Source: Blastocladiella emersonii ATCC 22665 (lineage: Eukaryota; Fungi; Blastocladiomycota). Taken from it: a stretch of 64,000 bases of DNA. Location: NCBI GenBank assembly GCA_025594325.1, contig JANHCV010000006.1, forward strand, positions 1,240,001 through 1,304,000. Reading direction: 5' to 3'. This document shows positions 1 to 11,139 of the stretch, one piece after another. Under the pieces are notes generated by a model that worked only from the letters and a program-made list of their open reading frames with translations, was not told the origin of the DNA and did not search any database. Positions within the stretch are counted from its first letter, which is position 1. Each line of letters begins with the position of its first letter. A program made the translations under genes and the position numbers.

Positions 1-1820
1 GCGACCGCTGAGAGCGGGCGCGAGGGGACCACGGGCGGCGGGGGCGGCATCTGCATCGGCGGTCCCGCGTACTGCTGCTGCGGCCCTTGGGGGTTGCCGC
101 CAAACGCCATGACCTGCTGCGTGGCGTTCTGCGACGTCGAGACGTACATGTTCCACAGCACGTCTTCGAGGCGCGCGCGGTACCGCTCGAGGTCGAAGGT
201 GGTGCGCACGAGGTCGCGCTCGGCCGCGTACCGCGCGAGCACGTGCGACGCGGCCACGTCCATGGTGTCGAGCAGCGAACGCAGGCGCAGGTCCGACCGC
301 AGCTGCACCTCGTGGTGCGTCATGCGCTCGCGCAGGTAGTTGGCCGTTGACAGGTCCGGCTGTGCGGGCGGCGCCGGCGCGGTGGCGGGTGCGGTGGCGG
401 GCGTGGTGATGGTGGTTGTGGTAGGGGCGGCGACGGCCGTGGGGCCCGAAATGGCGACCTGGTTGTGCTCGGTGGCCGTCGGACCAGCGGTCTCAGCCTC
501 GCTCGCGGGCGGCGCGATCGACGGCGCGGGCGACTTGATGGACGCGGGCATCGGCGACGCCGACATATGGCGGTCGCGCAGCAGCGCGTGGATGCTGGCG
601 TTGGAGGGCGTGGTGGCGGGCTCGGCGGGCTCGGGGGCGGCCTCGGCCTCGGTCTCGACGGTGGCGTGGGCGGCGGGCTCGTCGACGACGTCGTGGTCCG
701 AGAGGATCATGGACCCCGAGTGCGCATCATCATCGACCACAGCCGCCTCCTCGGTGCGCGGAGCAGCGGCAGCAGCAACGGCGGCAGCGCTGTCCGACGC
801 AGCCGACTCGGACGCAGGCTCGGGCTCCGACTCGGCAGCGGGCGCGACGATCATGGTGTCGCCGACGATGGCGCCGTCGGCGTGCAACGGGAGCGCCTTG
901 GCCCAGTCGGAGAAGGAGATGGGGTGCTCGTCGTCCTCGGCGTTGGCGTCGTCTTGGGCGGGTTCAGCAGCAGCGGCCGCGCCGTCATCGTCCTTGACGA
1001 GCGTCACCACCTGCTCGTCGGCCGTCTCGGACGCAGCCGCCGCCGCGATCTGGCGCTGCTCCGATTCGTCACGATGAACGGTCGTCCCCCAAATCACGCC
1101 GCCGTCCTGCATCTGGTGCGCGGCGACGCGCGCGCGGTGGGACTCGACCGCGAGCTCCTCGGCGCGCCGCGCGGCCTCGCGGTGCTCGTCGACGAGCGCG
1201 CGGTGCCGGCGACACCGAGCCTCGATGACCGCGACATCCCGGCGCGCGCGGTCCGCGACCTTGCGCACGTCGCCCTCGAAGACGGCCGAGAAGCTCTCCC
1301 ACGGCTCGGCGCGGTACTTGCCCGTGCGCATGCCGAAGTCGCCGACACTCCAGGCGGCGAGCGTCGCGACGAGCGCGTGGCGCAGGTGCGCGGCCTGCGT
1401 CGCGTACACGGGCAGGTCGTGCGGCACGTCGGCGGCCGACTCGACGGCGTGCAGCGCGATCACTGCGTCGGTCAGCGGGCGCAGCGGCTCGGAGAAGTAC
1501 GGGTGCAGGTCGTGTGTCGTCGCTGAGTGCAGGATCAGCGGGCCGGCGGCGGCGGCGGATGCGTCGTCGTCGGCGACGCGCATCGTGGTGGTGGTGTTGG
1601 GGTCGGCGGAGCCGGAACCGGCGGCTCGCGGGTCGGAGAGCGACATACCGGCGGCGGAAGAAGACAGGCGCGGGCCGGGGACGGCGATCGAGGCGAGCGA
1701 GGCGCGGCGGGCGCGCGGGCGGAACGGCGGCAGCGGCGGCGGCGGGAGGTGCTTGATGGTGTGCGGGTCGGGGCGGGCGGGCAGCGGCTGGTACAGTCCG
1801 TACGGCGGACGGTAGTCCAT
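1..1820 (-). CDS. Hypothetical Ala/Pro/Glu-rich protein, 3'-partial (runs off the left edge)
   Basis: ATG at 1820 (MDYRPPYGLYQPLP...) opens a frame with high-GC3 codons and no stop down to base 1. It is absent from the ORF track, probably because it has no stop. No family recognised. Confidence 0.7.
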   Translation of the reverse strand, partial: MDYRPPYGLYQPLPARPDPHTIKHLPPPPLPPFRPRARRASLASIAVPGPRLSSSAAGMSLSDPRAAGSGSADPNTTTTMRVADDDASAAAAGPLILHSATTHDLHPYFSEPLRPLTDAVIALHAVESAADVPHDLPVYATQAAHLRHALVATLAAWSVGDFGMRTGKYRAEPWESFSAVFEGDVRKVADRARRDVAVIEARCRRHRALVDEHREAARRAEELAVESHRARVAAHQMQDGGVIWGTTVHRDESEQRQIAAAAASETADEQVVTLVKDDDGAAAAAEPAQDDANAEDDEHPISFSDWAKALPLHADGAIVGDTMIVAPAAESEPEPASESAASDSAAAVAAAAAPRTEEAAVVDDDAHSGSMILSDHDVVDEPAAHATVETEAEAAPEPAEPATTPSNASIHALLRDRHMSASPMPASIKSPAPSIAPPASEAETAGPTATEHNQVAISGPTAVAAPTTTTITTPATAPATAPAPPAQPDLSTANYLRERMTHHEVQLRSDLRLRSLLDTMDVAASHVLARYAAERDLVRTTFDLERYRARLEDVLWNMYVSTSQNATQQVMAFGGNPQGPQQQYAGPPMQMPPPPPVVPSRPLSAV

Positions 1821-2522
1821 GCGGAGGGTGGGGGCGCGGTCGGGGGCTACATCGGCAGGGATCGGTCAGCGCAAGGTCGCTGCGGGGGGCGGCGAGTGCG
1901 TTGCGAGCATACATGGACTCCCGCAGGAGAGGAAGCGTGTGAAAGAGGCAGATCACACTCTCAGTCGCCGAAGTCACCGCGCGCTGTCGCAAGCACACGG
2001 GGCCGTCGAAGCGAGAGAGGGGGCGTTGGTCGGTCGGCAGACGCCCTGGAGAGTGCGTGGGGCGGCACCACACGAGGTCGAGGTTGGTGGTCGCCGGATC
2101 GGGCAGGTGGCGTATTGCGCCGAGTTGTGCGTGCGTGCGTGCGCGAGGTCCGTTTCAAGCGGGTCGGTCGGTGGTGGCTGGGAAGGTCGCTGCTGGCTGA
2201 CGCGTCGTTCATGGGAGCGGCGGCGAGCGACGGGCGCCGCGGCGCTTTATGCCTCTCTTCCCTCTCGCGCGGTCGACGCTGCTGTCGGAGAGGCGGTCGG
2301 CCCGGATCGGAGCCGCCGGGGCCGCCCGTTGTCTGCGGAATAGAGTGCGTGTGGCGGTTCCAGCACAGCAGGAACGAGGACGGCCCGGCTCGCGGCGGTA
2401 GCAACGTGCAGCAAACAGACTCGACCGACGCTCCCGCAGCGGGTCCAGCGATGAGTGAGGGAGGAAGAAGAAGAACAGGATTCGAATGACGACACGACGA
2501 CGACGCGCGAGCGGGAGCAGAT

Positions 2523-3119
2523 TTACATGACATTGTCGTACTTGACGCCGTTGATGCTCGCGCCGCGCATGGTGCGGGAGACGAGCTCGACAAACTGCTT
2601 GCGGTTGGTGAGCAGGACGTTGGCGGCCTCCTTGTTGAGCGGGTCGTCGGCGTTGGGCTCGAGGAACAGGTACTGCAGGCCGACCAGCACCGCGTTGAGG
2701 TTGAGCACGGGCTTCCAGTCCTCGCGCAGGATGTTGAGGCAGATGTTGCCGTCGAGGTCAATGTTCGGGTGGTAGATCTTCTGCGTGCACATGACCTTGG
2801 GCGGCTCGTGCGGGTAGTTGGCGTTCACCTTGAACGTGAACCGGTACGTGCCGCCCCGGAAGAAGCCCTCGTCCGGCTTCACCACCACGTTGAAGTTGAG
2901 AATGTCGTTGGCGTCCGGGTGCTCGAGCTTGATGGTCCGCGGCAGGTCGAGTTCCGCAAGGTCTGTATCCGGGGTGTGTGAGAGCCTCGCGCTCGCTCGC
3001 ACCGCGTAAAGCCGCGAAAACGTACCCTTCTGCACGCGGATCTGCGCCGCCGACACGGTCGACTTCTTCTTGTCGCCGTCCTCCTTTTTCTTCTGTTTCA
3101 AGGACATGAGCTTGATCAT
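2523..3119 (-). CDS. UBC12: NEDD8-conjugating E2 enzyme Ubc12, one intron (2963-3025)
   Basis: N-terminal MIKLMSLKQKKK extension, AAQIRVQKD, and UBC core IYHPNIDLDGNICLNILREDWKPVL with the catalytic Cys. Removing the 63-nt GTACGT...ACAG intron restores QKDLAEL. Confidence 0.96.
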   Translation of the reverse strand: MIKLMSLKQKKKEDGDKKKSTVSAAQIRVQKGTFSRLYAVRASARLSHTPDTDLAELDLPRTIKLEHPDANDILNFNVVVKPDEGFFRGGTYRFTFKVNANYPHEPPKVMCTQKIYHPNIDLDGNICLNILREDWKPVLNLNAVLVGLQYLFLEPNADDPLNKEAANVLLTNRKQFVELVSRTMRGASINGVKYDNVM

Positions 3120-3471
3120 GGTGGCGACTCTTCTGGTTGATGGGTTGCGCTACAGGCGAGACGGGTCGCGCCGAGCCGTTGGTCTCCGTCTCTCTCTCTC
3201 TCCCGTCGCTCGCGCAGAATCGGTTGCGCCAAGTGTGCTTACATGGTATCGTCCGTCAAGATGGGTTTTGGGCTGCGAGAGAGGGGAGAGCGCGCGAGTG
3301 AGGTGTCTTGAGCGAGAGCGGCGTGGCGCGCGCGAGGCGAACACGGCCGAAAAACCGACTCACTCAGCCCGTCACATGACTATTGCGCGCTCGTATTTAT
3401 TGTGTCTCCACGCTGACCCCCCTTGGAGCTTGGCCCCGGCCGATGGCCTAGACCTACACCTCGAGAGGCAA

Positions 3472-4341
3472 TCAGTCCTTGAGCATGACGACGCCCTCGT
3501 TCGAGTTGTTGGCGGCAATCACCTGCTCGAGCTTGGCAAACTCCTCGTTGGCGATGCGCTCGGCCTCGTCGAGCACCTGCTCGACGGCCTTGACCTCGGG
3601 GATAAAGTACTGCAGCATGTTCTCGATCCCGTTCTTGAGCGTGACGACGCTCGAGTCGCACGTGCGGCACGCGCCCTTGAGCTTGAGCTTGACGACGCCG
3701 CTCGCCTCGTCGAACCCGCAGTACTCGATATCGCCGCCGTCGTCCTGGATCGTCGGCCGGATCCGCGTGTCCAGCAGCTCCTTGATCATGGCCACCACCT
3801 CCGAGTCGTCCGGGTGGATCACCGTGTCGGCCGGCGCCTGCATCGCCAGCGCCGCGTCGACCACGGGCGCCCCGCCCGCCGCCGCGCTCGCGAAATGGTC
3901 CGTCATGGTCCCGAACACGTCCGGCTTGACCAGCTGCCACGCCGTGTCGGCGTCCTTGGTCACCGCCACAAAGTCGCTGCCGAACAGGACGGACGTCACG
4001 CCCTCGATCCGCAGCAAAGCGGCGGCGAGCGGACTCCCGGCCTCCTGCGCCTCGCGCGACGTCGTGAACTCGAGCGTCGTCCGCGCCTCGGCACCCAGCA
4101 CGGGGACCCCCGGTTTGAACTTGAGCGAGTCCTCGCTCGGCGTCGACTCGGTCTGGATGAACAGCGACCGCGCGCTCGCACGCGTCTTGACGAAGGGGGT
4201 CGTCGCGGCGGTGGCGATGCGCATCGCGGCGAGCGGGCGGACGGCGCCGGCCAGGACCGTCGAGTGTGCGCGGGCCGCCGCCGGGCGCAGCGCCACGGCC
4301 AGCGTGCGGCGTGCAAGTTGGTGCATCATCGACGAGTACAT
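3472..4341 (-). CDS. NFU1: Mitochondrial Fe-S cluster carrier Nfu1 (NifU-like)
   Basis: Arg/Ala-rich presequence, FIQTESTPSEDSLKFKPG N-domain, and IRPTIQDDGGDIEY...LKGACRTCDSSVVTLKNGIENML with the CxxC motif. Confidence 0.95.
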   Translation of the reverse strand: MYSSMMHQLARRTLAVALRPAAARAHSTVLAGAVRPLAAMRIATAATTPFVKTRASARSLFIQTESTPSEDSLKFKPGVPVLGAEARTTLEFTTSREAQEAGSPLAAALLRIEGVTSVLFGSDFVAVTKDADTAWQLVKPDVFGTMTDHFASAAAGGAPVVDAALAMQAPADTVIHPDDSEVVAMIKELLDTRIRPTIQDDGGDIEYCGFDEASGVVKLKLKGACRTCDSSVVTLKNGIENMLQYFIPEVKAVEQVLDEAERIANEEFAKLEQVIAANNSNEGVVMLKD

Positions 4342-4497
4342 GGTTGTGTTTTTGAGGGAGAGAGAGAGCGGGGACCTCCTCGCGTCGGCCGCTGACTGTT
4401 GGCCCTCGGCGATCGCAAGTGGCGCCGATGCATTTGGCAGGGCACAGAAAGAGCTCTATTCTACACTCACGCATACAGTACAGATACACTACTACCC

Positions 4498-6648
4498 CTA
4501 CTCGCGCGGCGCCGGCGGCTCGGCCGCGCTGACCGACTCGGGCATGGCCGTGACGTTCCACGGCTCGGGCATGCTGATGACGGGCGGGATCCGCGGGTTC
4601 CAGTCGCCGGGGATCTGACGGAACGCCATCCCCTCCTCCTCGCCCGCCGCGTCCTGCTTTGCCATGAGGGGCGGCGCCGACGCCGGTGAAGGCCAGCATT
4701 CGTCGACGCCGACACCGCGGTACCCGGCCTTGGCGGCCTCGGCCATGAGCCGCGGCAGGATGCTGATCTCGGGCGGCGTCGACGCCGACACGCCGAGCAC
4801 CCACCCGGGGATCCCCGGGTGCGGGCGGGTCACGGACTGGAAGAGTGCGGCCACGAGGTCGCCCTTATCCCCGCGCCCCTGGACGAGGAACGGGTCGTTG
4901 ACGGGCAGCCCCGGCACGATCAGCGGGACTTGGTACGCGGCGAGCACGCGCGCGATCGTCGGCGACACGGGGAGCGCCGTCGCCGGGTTCACGGCGAGGT
5001 ACATGGGCGCGTCGGCGCCGAGCACCTGGCGGTGGATCTTGCCAACAAACTGGACCGCGGGGACCGACAGCGGGCCGTGCGGCAGCGCCCACCCGAGCGT
5101 GTGGTTCTCGGCGCGCACGCGCACCAGGACGTCGCGCACGGCCTCGGGCGTGCTCCCGAAATCGTCGGGCCGCAGCACCCGGTACGCGTCCGCGAAGATC
5201 AGGGCCCCCTGGATCCCCGCGTCGCGCAGCGTGTCGAGCAGGTGGCTCGTGCTCGGGCCCGGGTGCTCGCCGCGGACCGCCAGCAGCGCGGTGCCCTTGC
5301 GCGAGCAGAATTGCCGGTACTGCGGGCTCGCGCAGTGCAACGTCAGGAACTTCTGGCTCAGCTGGCCGCCAACCCCCGACGAGGTCGTCGGGTCCGCCCA
5401 CATCACGTCCTGACCGACCGAGCAGTCCTGCGGGCACGTCGCGCACGACTCGGTCACCCCGCACCGCAGGTCGCCGCACCGGTCCGGGCCCACGGGCGCG
5501 TCGGGCGTGGGCGACGCGGGTGGGGGCGACGACGGGTCGGACGAGGAGCCCGACGGCGCAGTCGGCACCGGCGCGCCGCCATTCCCGTCAGCTGGCGTCA
5601 CCGGCGTCGTCGGCGCGAGCCCCGGGATCGTGATCCGGATCCCCGGCGTGAACGTGACGGACGGCAGCGTGGCCGGGTCGCGCCCGCTCGCGATCGGCGG
5701 GAGTCCCGGCACCGTGGACGGTTCGGGCAGCATCACGACGGGCGGCGACGAGGGCGTCGGCACGGGCGTCGCGGACGGCGTCGGGTCGGGCTCGAACAGG
5801 AAGATGCGGCGGATCGGGTCGGCCGACTCGGTCGGCGTCGCACTCCCCGAGGATGATGATGAGCGCGACGTCGGGTTCGGCCACAGCGCCTTGCCGCGGC
5901 GCGCCGCCGACCGCGTGGGTTCGGGCAGGTCCGACGGCTCTTCGGGCCACGGCGACGGGTCCTCGGTCGGCATCGGGTCGTCGATGGGAAGCAGCTCCAA
6001 TGGCGGCGGCGGCGTTGGCGACGGGTCCTCTACGGGCGGCGGCGTCGGCAGGATTGGGAGGATCGGGAACGGCCGCTCGAAGGTGCGAGTGCGCACGGGT
6101 TTTGAAGACGTCGTAGAGGACCGCTTGCGCGCAATGGGCGTCGGCAGCGGGTCCACGGTCTCGGTGGCCGTCTCAGCGACGGTGCCCGTGGTCGCGGTCA
6201 CGGTCGTCGGCGCGGCAGGGGGTGGCGGTGGCGGGAGCGACAGGGACCGGCCGCTGCGTGCCGCCGCGCGCAGCGTCGTCGCCGACGTCGTGGACGAGGT
6301 GGAGGTGGCCGACGCGCGCGACGTCGCGGTGGTGGTGATGCGGCCCGACCGAGTCAAAGATGTAGTTGAAGTGGCGGTTCTGCTCGTGGTCGTACTCGAC
6401 CGCTGCCGCTGCACGCTCGGGCGATCGGCGCCCGGGTCGCTCGGCGCGTCGAGCCACGCCGGGCCCAGCAGCCAGTCCCAGAACTGGTCGCCCGTCGGCG
6501 GGCGCGCGGGCTCGGCGGCGACCGAGGCGGGGCCAGCGGCGAGCAGCGCCACCGTGACCGCGGCCACGGCCAGGATGCCGGCGACGACATGGAGGCGCGA
6601 TCGTGGCGGTGCGCGGGGGGCTCGCCTTGGCGGTCGTGGTCTTGGCAT
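4498..6648 (-). CDS. Secreted/membrane-anchored Pro/Thr-rich protein with a Cys-rich module and a degenerate NodB (polysaccharide deacetylase)-like domain
   Basis: Hydrophobic N-terminal segment (VVAGILAVAAVTVALLAAG), long P/T/S linker, CGDLRCGVTESCATCPQDC, then TALLAVRGEHPGPSTSHLLDTLRDAGIQGALIF...RVRAENHTLG, resembling the NodB pattern ALTFDDGP...LDIL....ATFF...EGHEIG. Confidence 0.65.
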   Translation of the reverse strand: MPRPRPPRRAPRAPPRSRLHVVAGILAVAAVTVALLAAGPASVAAEPARPPTGDQFWDWLLGPAWLDAPSDPGADRPSVQRQRSSTTTSRTATSTTSLTRSGRITTTATSRASATSTSSTTSATTLRAAARSGRSLSLPPPPPPAAPTTVTATTGTVAETATETVDPLPTPIARKRSSTTSSKPVRTRTFERPFPILPILPTPPPVEDPSPTPPPPLELLPIDDPMPTEDPSPWPEEPSDLPEPTRSAARRGKALWPNPTSRSSSSSGSATPTESADPIRRIFLFEPDPTPSATPVPTPSSPPVVMLPEPSTVPGLPPIASGRDPATLPSVTFTPGIRITIPGLAPTTPVTPADGNGGAPVPTAPSGSSSDPSSPPPASPTPDAPVGPDRCGDLRCGVTESCATCPQDCSVGQDVMWADPTTSSGVGGQLSQKFLTLHCASPQYRQFCSRKGTALLAVRGEHPGPSTSHLLDTLRDAGIQGALIFADAYRVLRPDDFGSTPEAVRDVLVRVRAENHTLGWALPHGPLSVPAVQFVGKIHRQVLGADAPMYLAVNPATALPVSPTIARVLAAYQVPLIVPGLPVNDPFLVQGRGDKGDLVAALFQSVTRPHPGIPGWVLGVSASTPPEISILPRLMAEAAKAGYRGVGVDECWPSPASAPPLMAKQDAAGEEEGMAFRQIPGDWNPRIPPVISMPEPWNVTAMPESVSAAEPPAPRE

Positions 6649-6947
6649 GGTTGGTGGCGTGTGGAAGAGAGGAGGAGAGGACGAGGCGGAGCGAGGAAGC
6701 AGGGTGATGACGCGAAAGGTTTGCACGGAGCGGGGAACCTCATGGCGATGCATGGAGAAGGTCGGCGGTGTCTTCGTCGCCAGGGCGGCAACGGCGACGG
6801 TGGCGTAGCTTTCGACCACTCGAGCTCACGAGCTGGCTCACGAGCACGAGCGAACGAAGGCGGTGGTGGTCAGCGTGGGCCCCGCGGCGGCGGACTCGCA
6901 ACGGGTGCGCTGGCTTGACAGGTCACGCGGCACCTGCGAGACATCAA

Positions 6948-6972
6948 ACGCGAGACGCGTTTCGCGACGCGT
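6948..6972. promoter_or_regulatory. Near-palindromic CGCGA-G-ACGCGT-T-TCGCG element plus a second ACGCGT (MCB/SCB/E2F-like boxes) between divergent genes
   Basis: Sequence acgcgagacgcgtttcgcgacgcgt lies between the divergent ATGs at 6648 and 7071. The regulatory role is inferred. Confidence 0.35.
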
Positions 6973-7070
6973 CCCCCCTCCCGTACTCACTCGCTCGCGC
7001 GGCTTCAACGGATCAAAGAAGCCCCCGACTCCGGCAGCCCTGTACTCTGACCACCAACCCTGAAAATCAC

Positions 7071-9126
7071 ATGCAGCACTCGCCGTCATCGACGATCCGT
7101 CGCCCGGCCTTCGCCACGCTGCGCCGACCCTCGGGATCCGGCGGCGGCATCGACGGCGGCGGCCCGCTGTCGTCGGGTCCCTCGAGCCCCGTGCCGTACG
7201 GCATGGAGCAGGACCTGAGCTACGCCGGGTTCCTCGTGAAACGCCCGCGCACGTCGGCGACTGCCAACAATGGCGGCATCGCGTCCGGCGGGGCGGGCCC
7301 GGCCACGGGCATCCGGTCCTCGATCCAGAGCCTGACCAACGCCAACTCGCGCTACTTTCGCCTCGCCCCGCTCACCACGCTGCGCGAGCGCGCCGTCGTG
7401 TGGTGGCTCAGCTACCACGGGTCCGAGGCGCCCACCTCGCGCGAGCGGTGGGGGACCAGCGTCGAGGAGATCGTCCGCGTCGCGCGGGTGCCTGACCCGC
7501 GCCAGCAGGTATTCACGATCGTGACGCGCGATCGTGTGCTCGAGCTCGTTGCGCCGGTACGCACCAACACTTGATGATGCGAAATGTCGCTGACCTGGCG
7601 CCGTGTAGTCACAAGCCATCCTCGACGCGTGGATCCGACACATCGAGCTCGCGCGCGCCGCGACCCGCAAATCCATGTTCCTCGCGCAGCTGAGTCACCA
7701 ACACCCGCAGTCCACGAGCCCCGTCGTGTCGCCGCCCGGCTCGACCCCGGCCACGCGCCAGGGCACGCTGGCTCGGCTCCCGCAGTCGCCCATGGCGCCC
7801 GTCCGCGGCCGGCCCTCGCACAGCTACTCGACCAACAACCTGCTTGCGACCATCACCACGGGGCCGGGCAACCGGTCCACGATCGCGGCGTCCGCCGCCG
7901 ACGCGGTCGCTACGCCGCGCGCGTCCGAGTTCAACAGTAACCGGCCGTACACATTCGCGGGCGCGGCGGCGAGCGAGGTTGAGTCGGAGACGCTCGGGCT
8001 GCCGCGCCGCGCCTCGATCCGCCGCAGCTTCTCGGCCGCGGCGGGGGTCAACTCGATCGGGTCCGCGCCGACACTCCCGACCTCGTCCGCCGACGCCGTC
8101 CATGCGCCGCCGAAACCGACGCTCCACTCCGCCGCCGTGTCGACATCCACCTTCTCCGTGTACCCGACGTCGACGCCGGACCTCCTTGTCGCCCAGCGCG
8201 CGGGCGAGCAGGTCCTCGCCGCCTTCGCCGACGGCAAGCCCGAGGGCAGCGGTGCGGGCGATGACTCGACGTGGAGCGGCATCACGACGCAGCTCCAGGA
8301 AACGCTCGCCGACCTCGAGCGCATCGTCAACTCCGAGACCCCGAACTCGCCCATCACGCCGACCAGCCCGCCGCCCATCGTCCGCGCCTTCACCGTCAGC
8401 CCCGACTCGCCCGAGCACCCGCCGCTCGACCCAGAGTACCGCCGCAGCAGCAGTACCAGCCAGGCGCCGACCGTCACGGCCGCGGATCCGGTGACGCCGG
8501 CGCCGACGACGGCACCGGTTCCGGTCGCTGCGGCACCGCTGAACCCCGCGACACGGACCATCGTGCAGGGCGCGCTGCACCCCGAGTTCGTCAGCCTGAT
8601 GCAGCAGCGCGCGGCCGTCGCGCCCGCGCCGCCACCGCGCCCGACACCGGCCCAGATCCAGTCGCAGGCTCAGTCCCAGCCGACGGTCCAGGAACAGCGG
8701 CGCGGGAGCAACGAGACGGAGCGCACACTGTACCGCGACCGGTCCGCCGATCGGTACGCGGCGCGACTCGACGAGGCCGACGGCGACGCGGACCCGCCAA
8801 GGTCGCCGACCGCTACCATCATGCCCAACACGCCCGCGACCATCACGCCCGGGATGTTCCGCGGGACCAGCAACAACGACGAGGAAGGGGAGGTGACGCC
8901 GGCCGTCGCGGTACCGCGCGTCCCGCCCGCGCGGGGCCGGTCGACCGTGTCCCCGTCCTCGTCGTCGTCGTCGCGCAAGGCGGCGGCCGTCGCGGTGCTC
9001 GAGGGACTCGACTGGGACCCCATGGCCGCCCTCGGCATGATCCATCAGCACCAGGCGTCGCCGTCGAGCGCAACGGGGTCCGGTCATGGGTCCGGGTCAA
9101 GACCGGCGAATGGAGCGGCACAGTAG
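7071..9126 (+). CDS. PH-domain protein with a long Pro/Ser-rich disordered C-terminus; intron 7557-7608
   Basis: LSYAGFLVKR...RYFRL...LSYH...FTIVTRDRVLELVAP, then after the 52-nt GTACGC...TGTAG intron SQAILDAWIRHIE (PH C-terminal helix Trp), joining the 7675-9126 frame. Confidence 0.8.
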
Positions 9127-9299
9127 CCCCAGTAGGAGCTTAATAAAATTCGTGACATGGAATCTCAATCGTGTCGTCGCCGGGCCCGAGGGTGATTTTA
9201 CTGTGCAGAGCAGTCGGCACGGCGTTCGGGCGACCGCTCCGGTTCACCCTCGTCGAGCGAGCGGGCCTGCAGGGCAGCAGCCCAGGCAGCAGGGACGCC

Positions 9300-9410
9300 G
9301 TGGCGGTTCCTGGTTCCCGGTACCGATCGAACCACTCCCAGGCAGCTTCTCGAAGACGGTGCTGCAGCTCGCCATGGGCGGGAAGTCGTCGGCCGCACTT
9401 GTCATCCGAG
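9300..9410 (+). pseudogene. C-terminal remnant of an F-box/RCC1 paralog
   Basis: Encodes SKTVLQLAMGGKSSAALVI (9353-9406), matching SKVVIDLVMGGDSSAAVVI and SKAVIHLAMGGWSSVALVV at the ends of the two intact paralogs. Confidence 0.65.
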
Positions 9411-9764
9411 CTCCGCCACAGTTGAACGTGCGCTCAGCGCGAACCTGAATGGTCTGATACGGCATTTCGTGGAATAGAAATGCTATTGTTAGTGCGTTTC
9501 CACGATCGTGGTAGCCGATTTCAAGTCGTTGGGGCCGAGAGGGAGCAACGTAACCGAGACCTCGCCGGCGGACCGCGCGAGACGTGTCTTAACGTGAAAC
9601 GTGATTGATCGACGCGTCGTGTTTCAGCCATGTTCTTCCAGGCTCCGGCTAAAAACGGATCAAGTTGGTCGTCGCACCGCAAGTTCCAGATCAGGGAGCG
9701 GGGCCACGAGCACCCGCGCCGGCGAACGCGGTCGACTCGTCCTCTCTCTCCCCAACGTAGCATC

Positions 9765-11036
9765 ATGAAGTCAACTTATAACATGGAACCTATGCATACA
9801 CCGGCGAGATTTGACGCGCTTCCGCACATCGCGCTTGAAATGGTGCTGCGGCGGTCCACGCCCCGCGACGTGCTTGCCGTGTCCCGGCTTTCGCGCAAGT
9901 TCAAGGAGGCCCTCTCGAGCACCGACGAAGCGCTCTGGCACGCCCTTCTCCGCGCCCAATCGCCGCATCTCGCGTCGGCTGCGATCAGCTGCACTCGCCA
10001 GCTCGCCATGTCGCCGCGCGACCTGTACTTTGCCGTGACTTGCCGCGCCGAGATTTACGCTTGGGGCGACGTCGCGGCGGAGCTCAACGAGGACCGCGAC
10101 GAGCCGCGACACGTCCCGATCTTCCTCGAGCTTCCGAGCGCCGCGAAAGATTTGCCCATCAACCAGGTCGTGTTGGGTGGCCGCGCCCTCTACGTCACGT
10201 TCGCTGGCGGGATGCTTGCAGTTTTGGGCACCGTTGTCGCCGACGAGCCTACCTGGCGACACAACCTCATGGGCGCTCGCCGTGACCTTTTTCGCGTGAT
10301 TCCTGCGCACTACGGCGCGGCTCTGCTCACGGCCAAGGGAAAATGGGTCCGCAGCGAAGTTACGACTGACATCGAGGACGATGGACAAGCCCCTGTTGAC
10401 GACTCCGACGTCGAGCTTGGTCCGTCATCGTTGATTGTCGGATCCGGCTCACACTGGCTCATCACCTTCGACCCGTCGACGTTCAAGCTTCGCGCATACC
10501 AAGGCAACAAGGAGCACGACGCCGTGTTTCCGTTCCCTGGTGTCAAATTTGTTGGCAATTCCGAGGACGACTACGTTGTCGCGACTACGACCACCGTGCA
10601 CCGCTGCCCCATCACGCGCGCCGTCAACGACTCGCTCGACAGCGATTGGACCATCCTACACACTTGCGAGCCTGGCGAGTCCATTCTCCAGCTGTCTTGC
10701 TCGTACATGGCGATCGGGATTCGCACCACGCACGCCGCCATGCTCTTTACCCTCGACCGCCTCGACGGTCCCGTCTTGCACAAGCTGCCAAGCACCGTCA
10801 GCTCGCTCGCGACTGGAATCGGGCACCACGGTTACCTCGACACCGCTGGCGACGTGTACACGCGGGGCTACGGTGCGTGCTCGGACGGCGTCTCTGGACA
10901 CGATGACAGCGAACGCGCTCCAACGCTGCTCAAGGTTGTCAAGAATCAATCGAAGGTCGTGATCGACCTGGTCATGGGCGGGGATTCGTCGGCGGCGGTT
11001 GTCATTCCGGTCCCTTTTAACGGTATTGTGCAGTGA
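9765..11036 (+). CDS. F-box + RCC1/BLIP-II repeat protein (Saf1-like), paralog 1
   Basis: F-box-like FDALPHIALEMVLRRSTPRDVLAVSRLSRKF; RCC1-like IYAWG and SLATGIGHHGYLDTAGDVYTRGYG. Intronless, with visibly more T-ending codons than paralog 2. Confidence 0.8.
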   Translation: MKSTYNMEPMHTPARFDALPHIALEMVLRRSTPRDVLAVSRLSRKFKEALSSTDEALWHALLRAQSPHLASAAISCTRQLAMSPRDLYFAVTCRAEIYAWGDVAAELNEDRDEPRHVPIFLELPSAAKDLPINQVVLGGRALYVTFAGGMLAVLGTVVADEPTWRHNLMGARRDLFRVIPAHYGAALLTAKGKWVRSEVTTDIEDDGQAPVDDSDVELGPSSLIVGSGSHWLITFDPSTFKLRAYQGNKEHDAVFPFPGVKFVGNSEDDYVVATTTTVHRCPITRAVNDSLDSDWTILHTCEPGESILQLSCSYMAIGIRTTHAAMLFTLDRLDGPVLHKLPSTVSSLATGIGHHGYLDTAGDVYTRGYGACSDGVSGHDDSERAPTLLKVVKNQSKVVIDLVMGGDSSAAVVIPVPFNGIVQ

Positions 11037-11139
11037 TCGGTGAATATACGTGTTGCTTCTTCTTCAAACACTCCGTCCTCGTCATCCAGCAAGATTGATC
11101 AACGCGTCCGCGTTCGGCACGCCCTCGGAGACGCGTCGC

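Noticed and set aside
1069-2761. Track ORFs 1069-2073 and 1961-2761 on the minus strand
   Set aside because: Out-of-frame shadows of the 1-1820 gene and UBC12.
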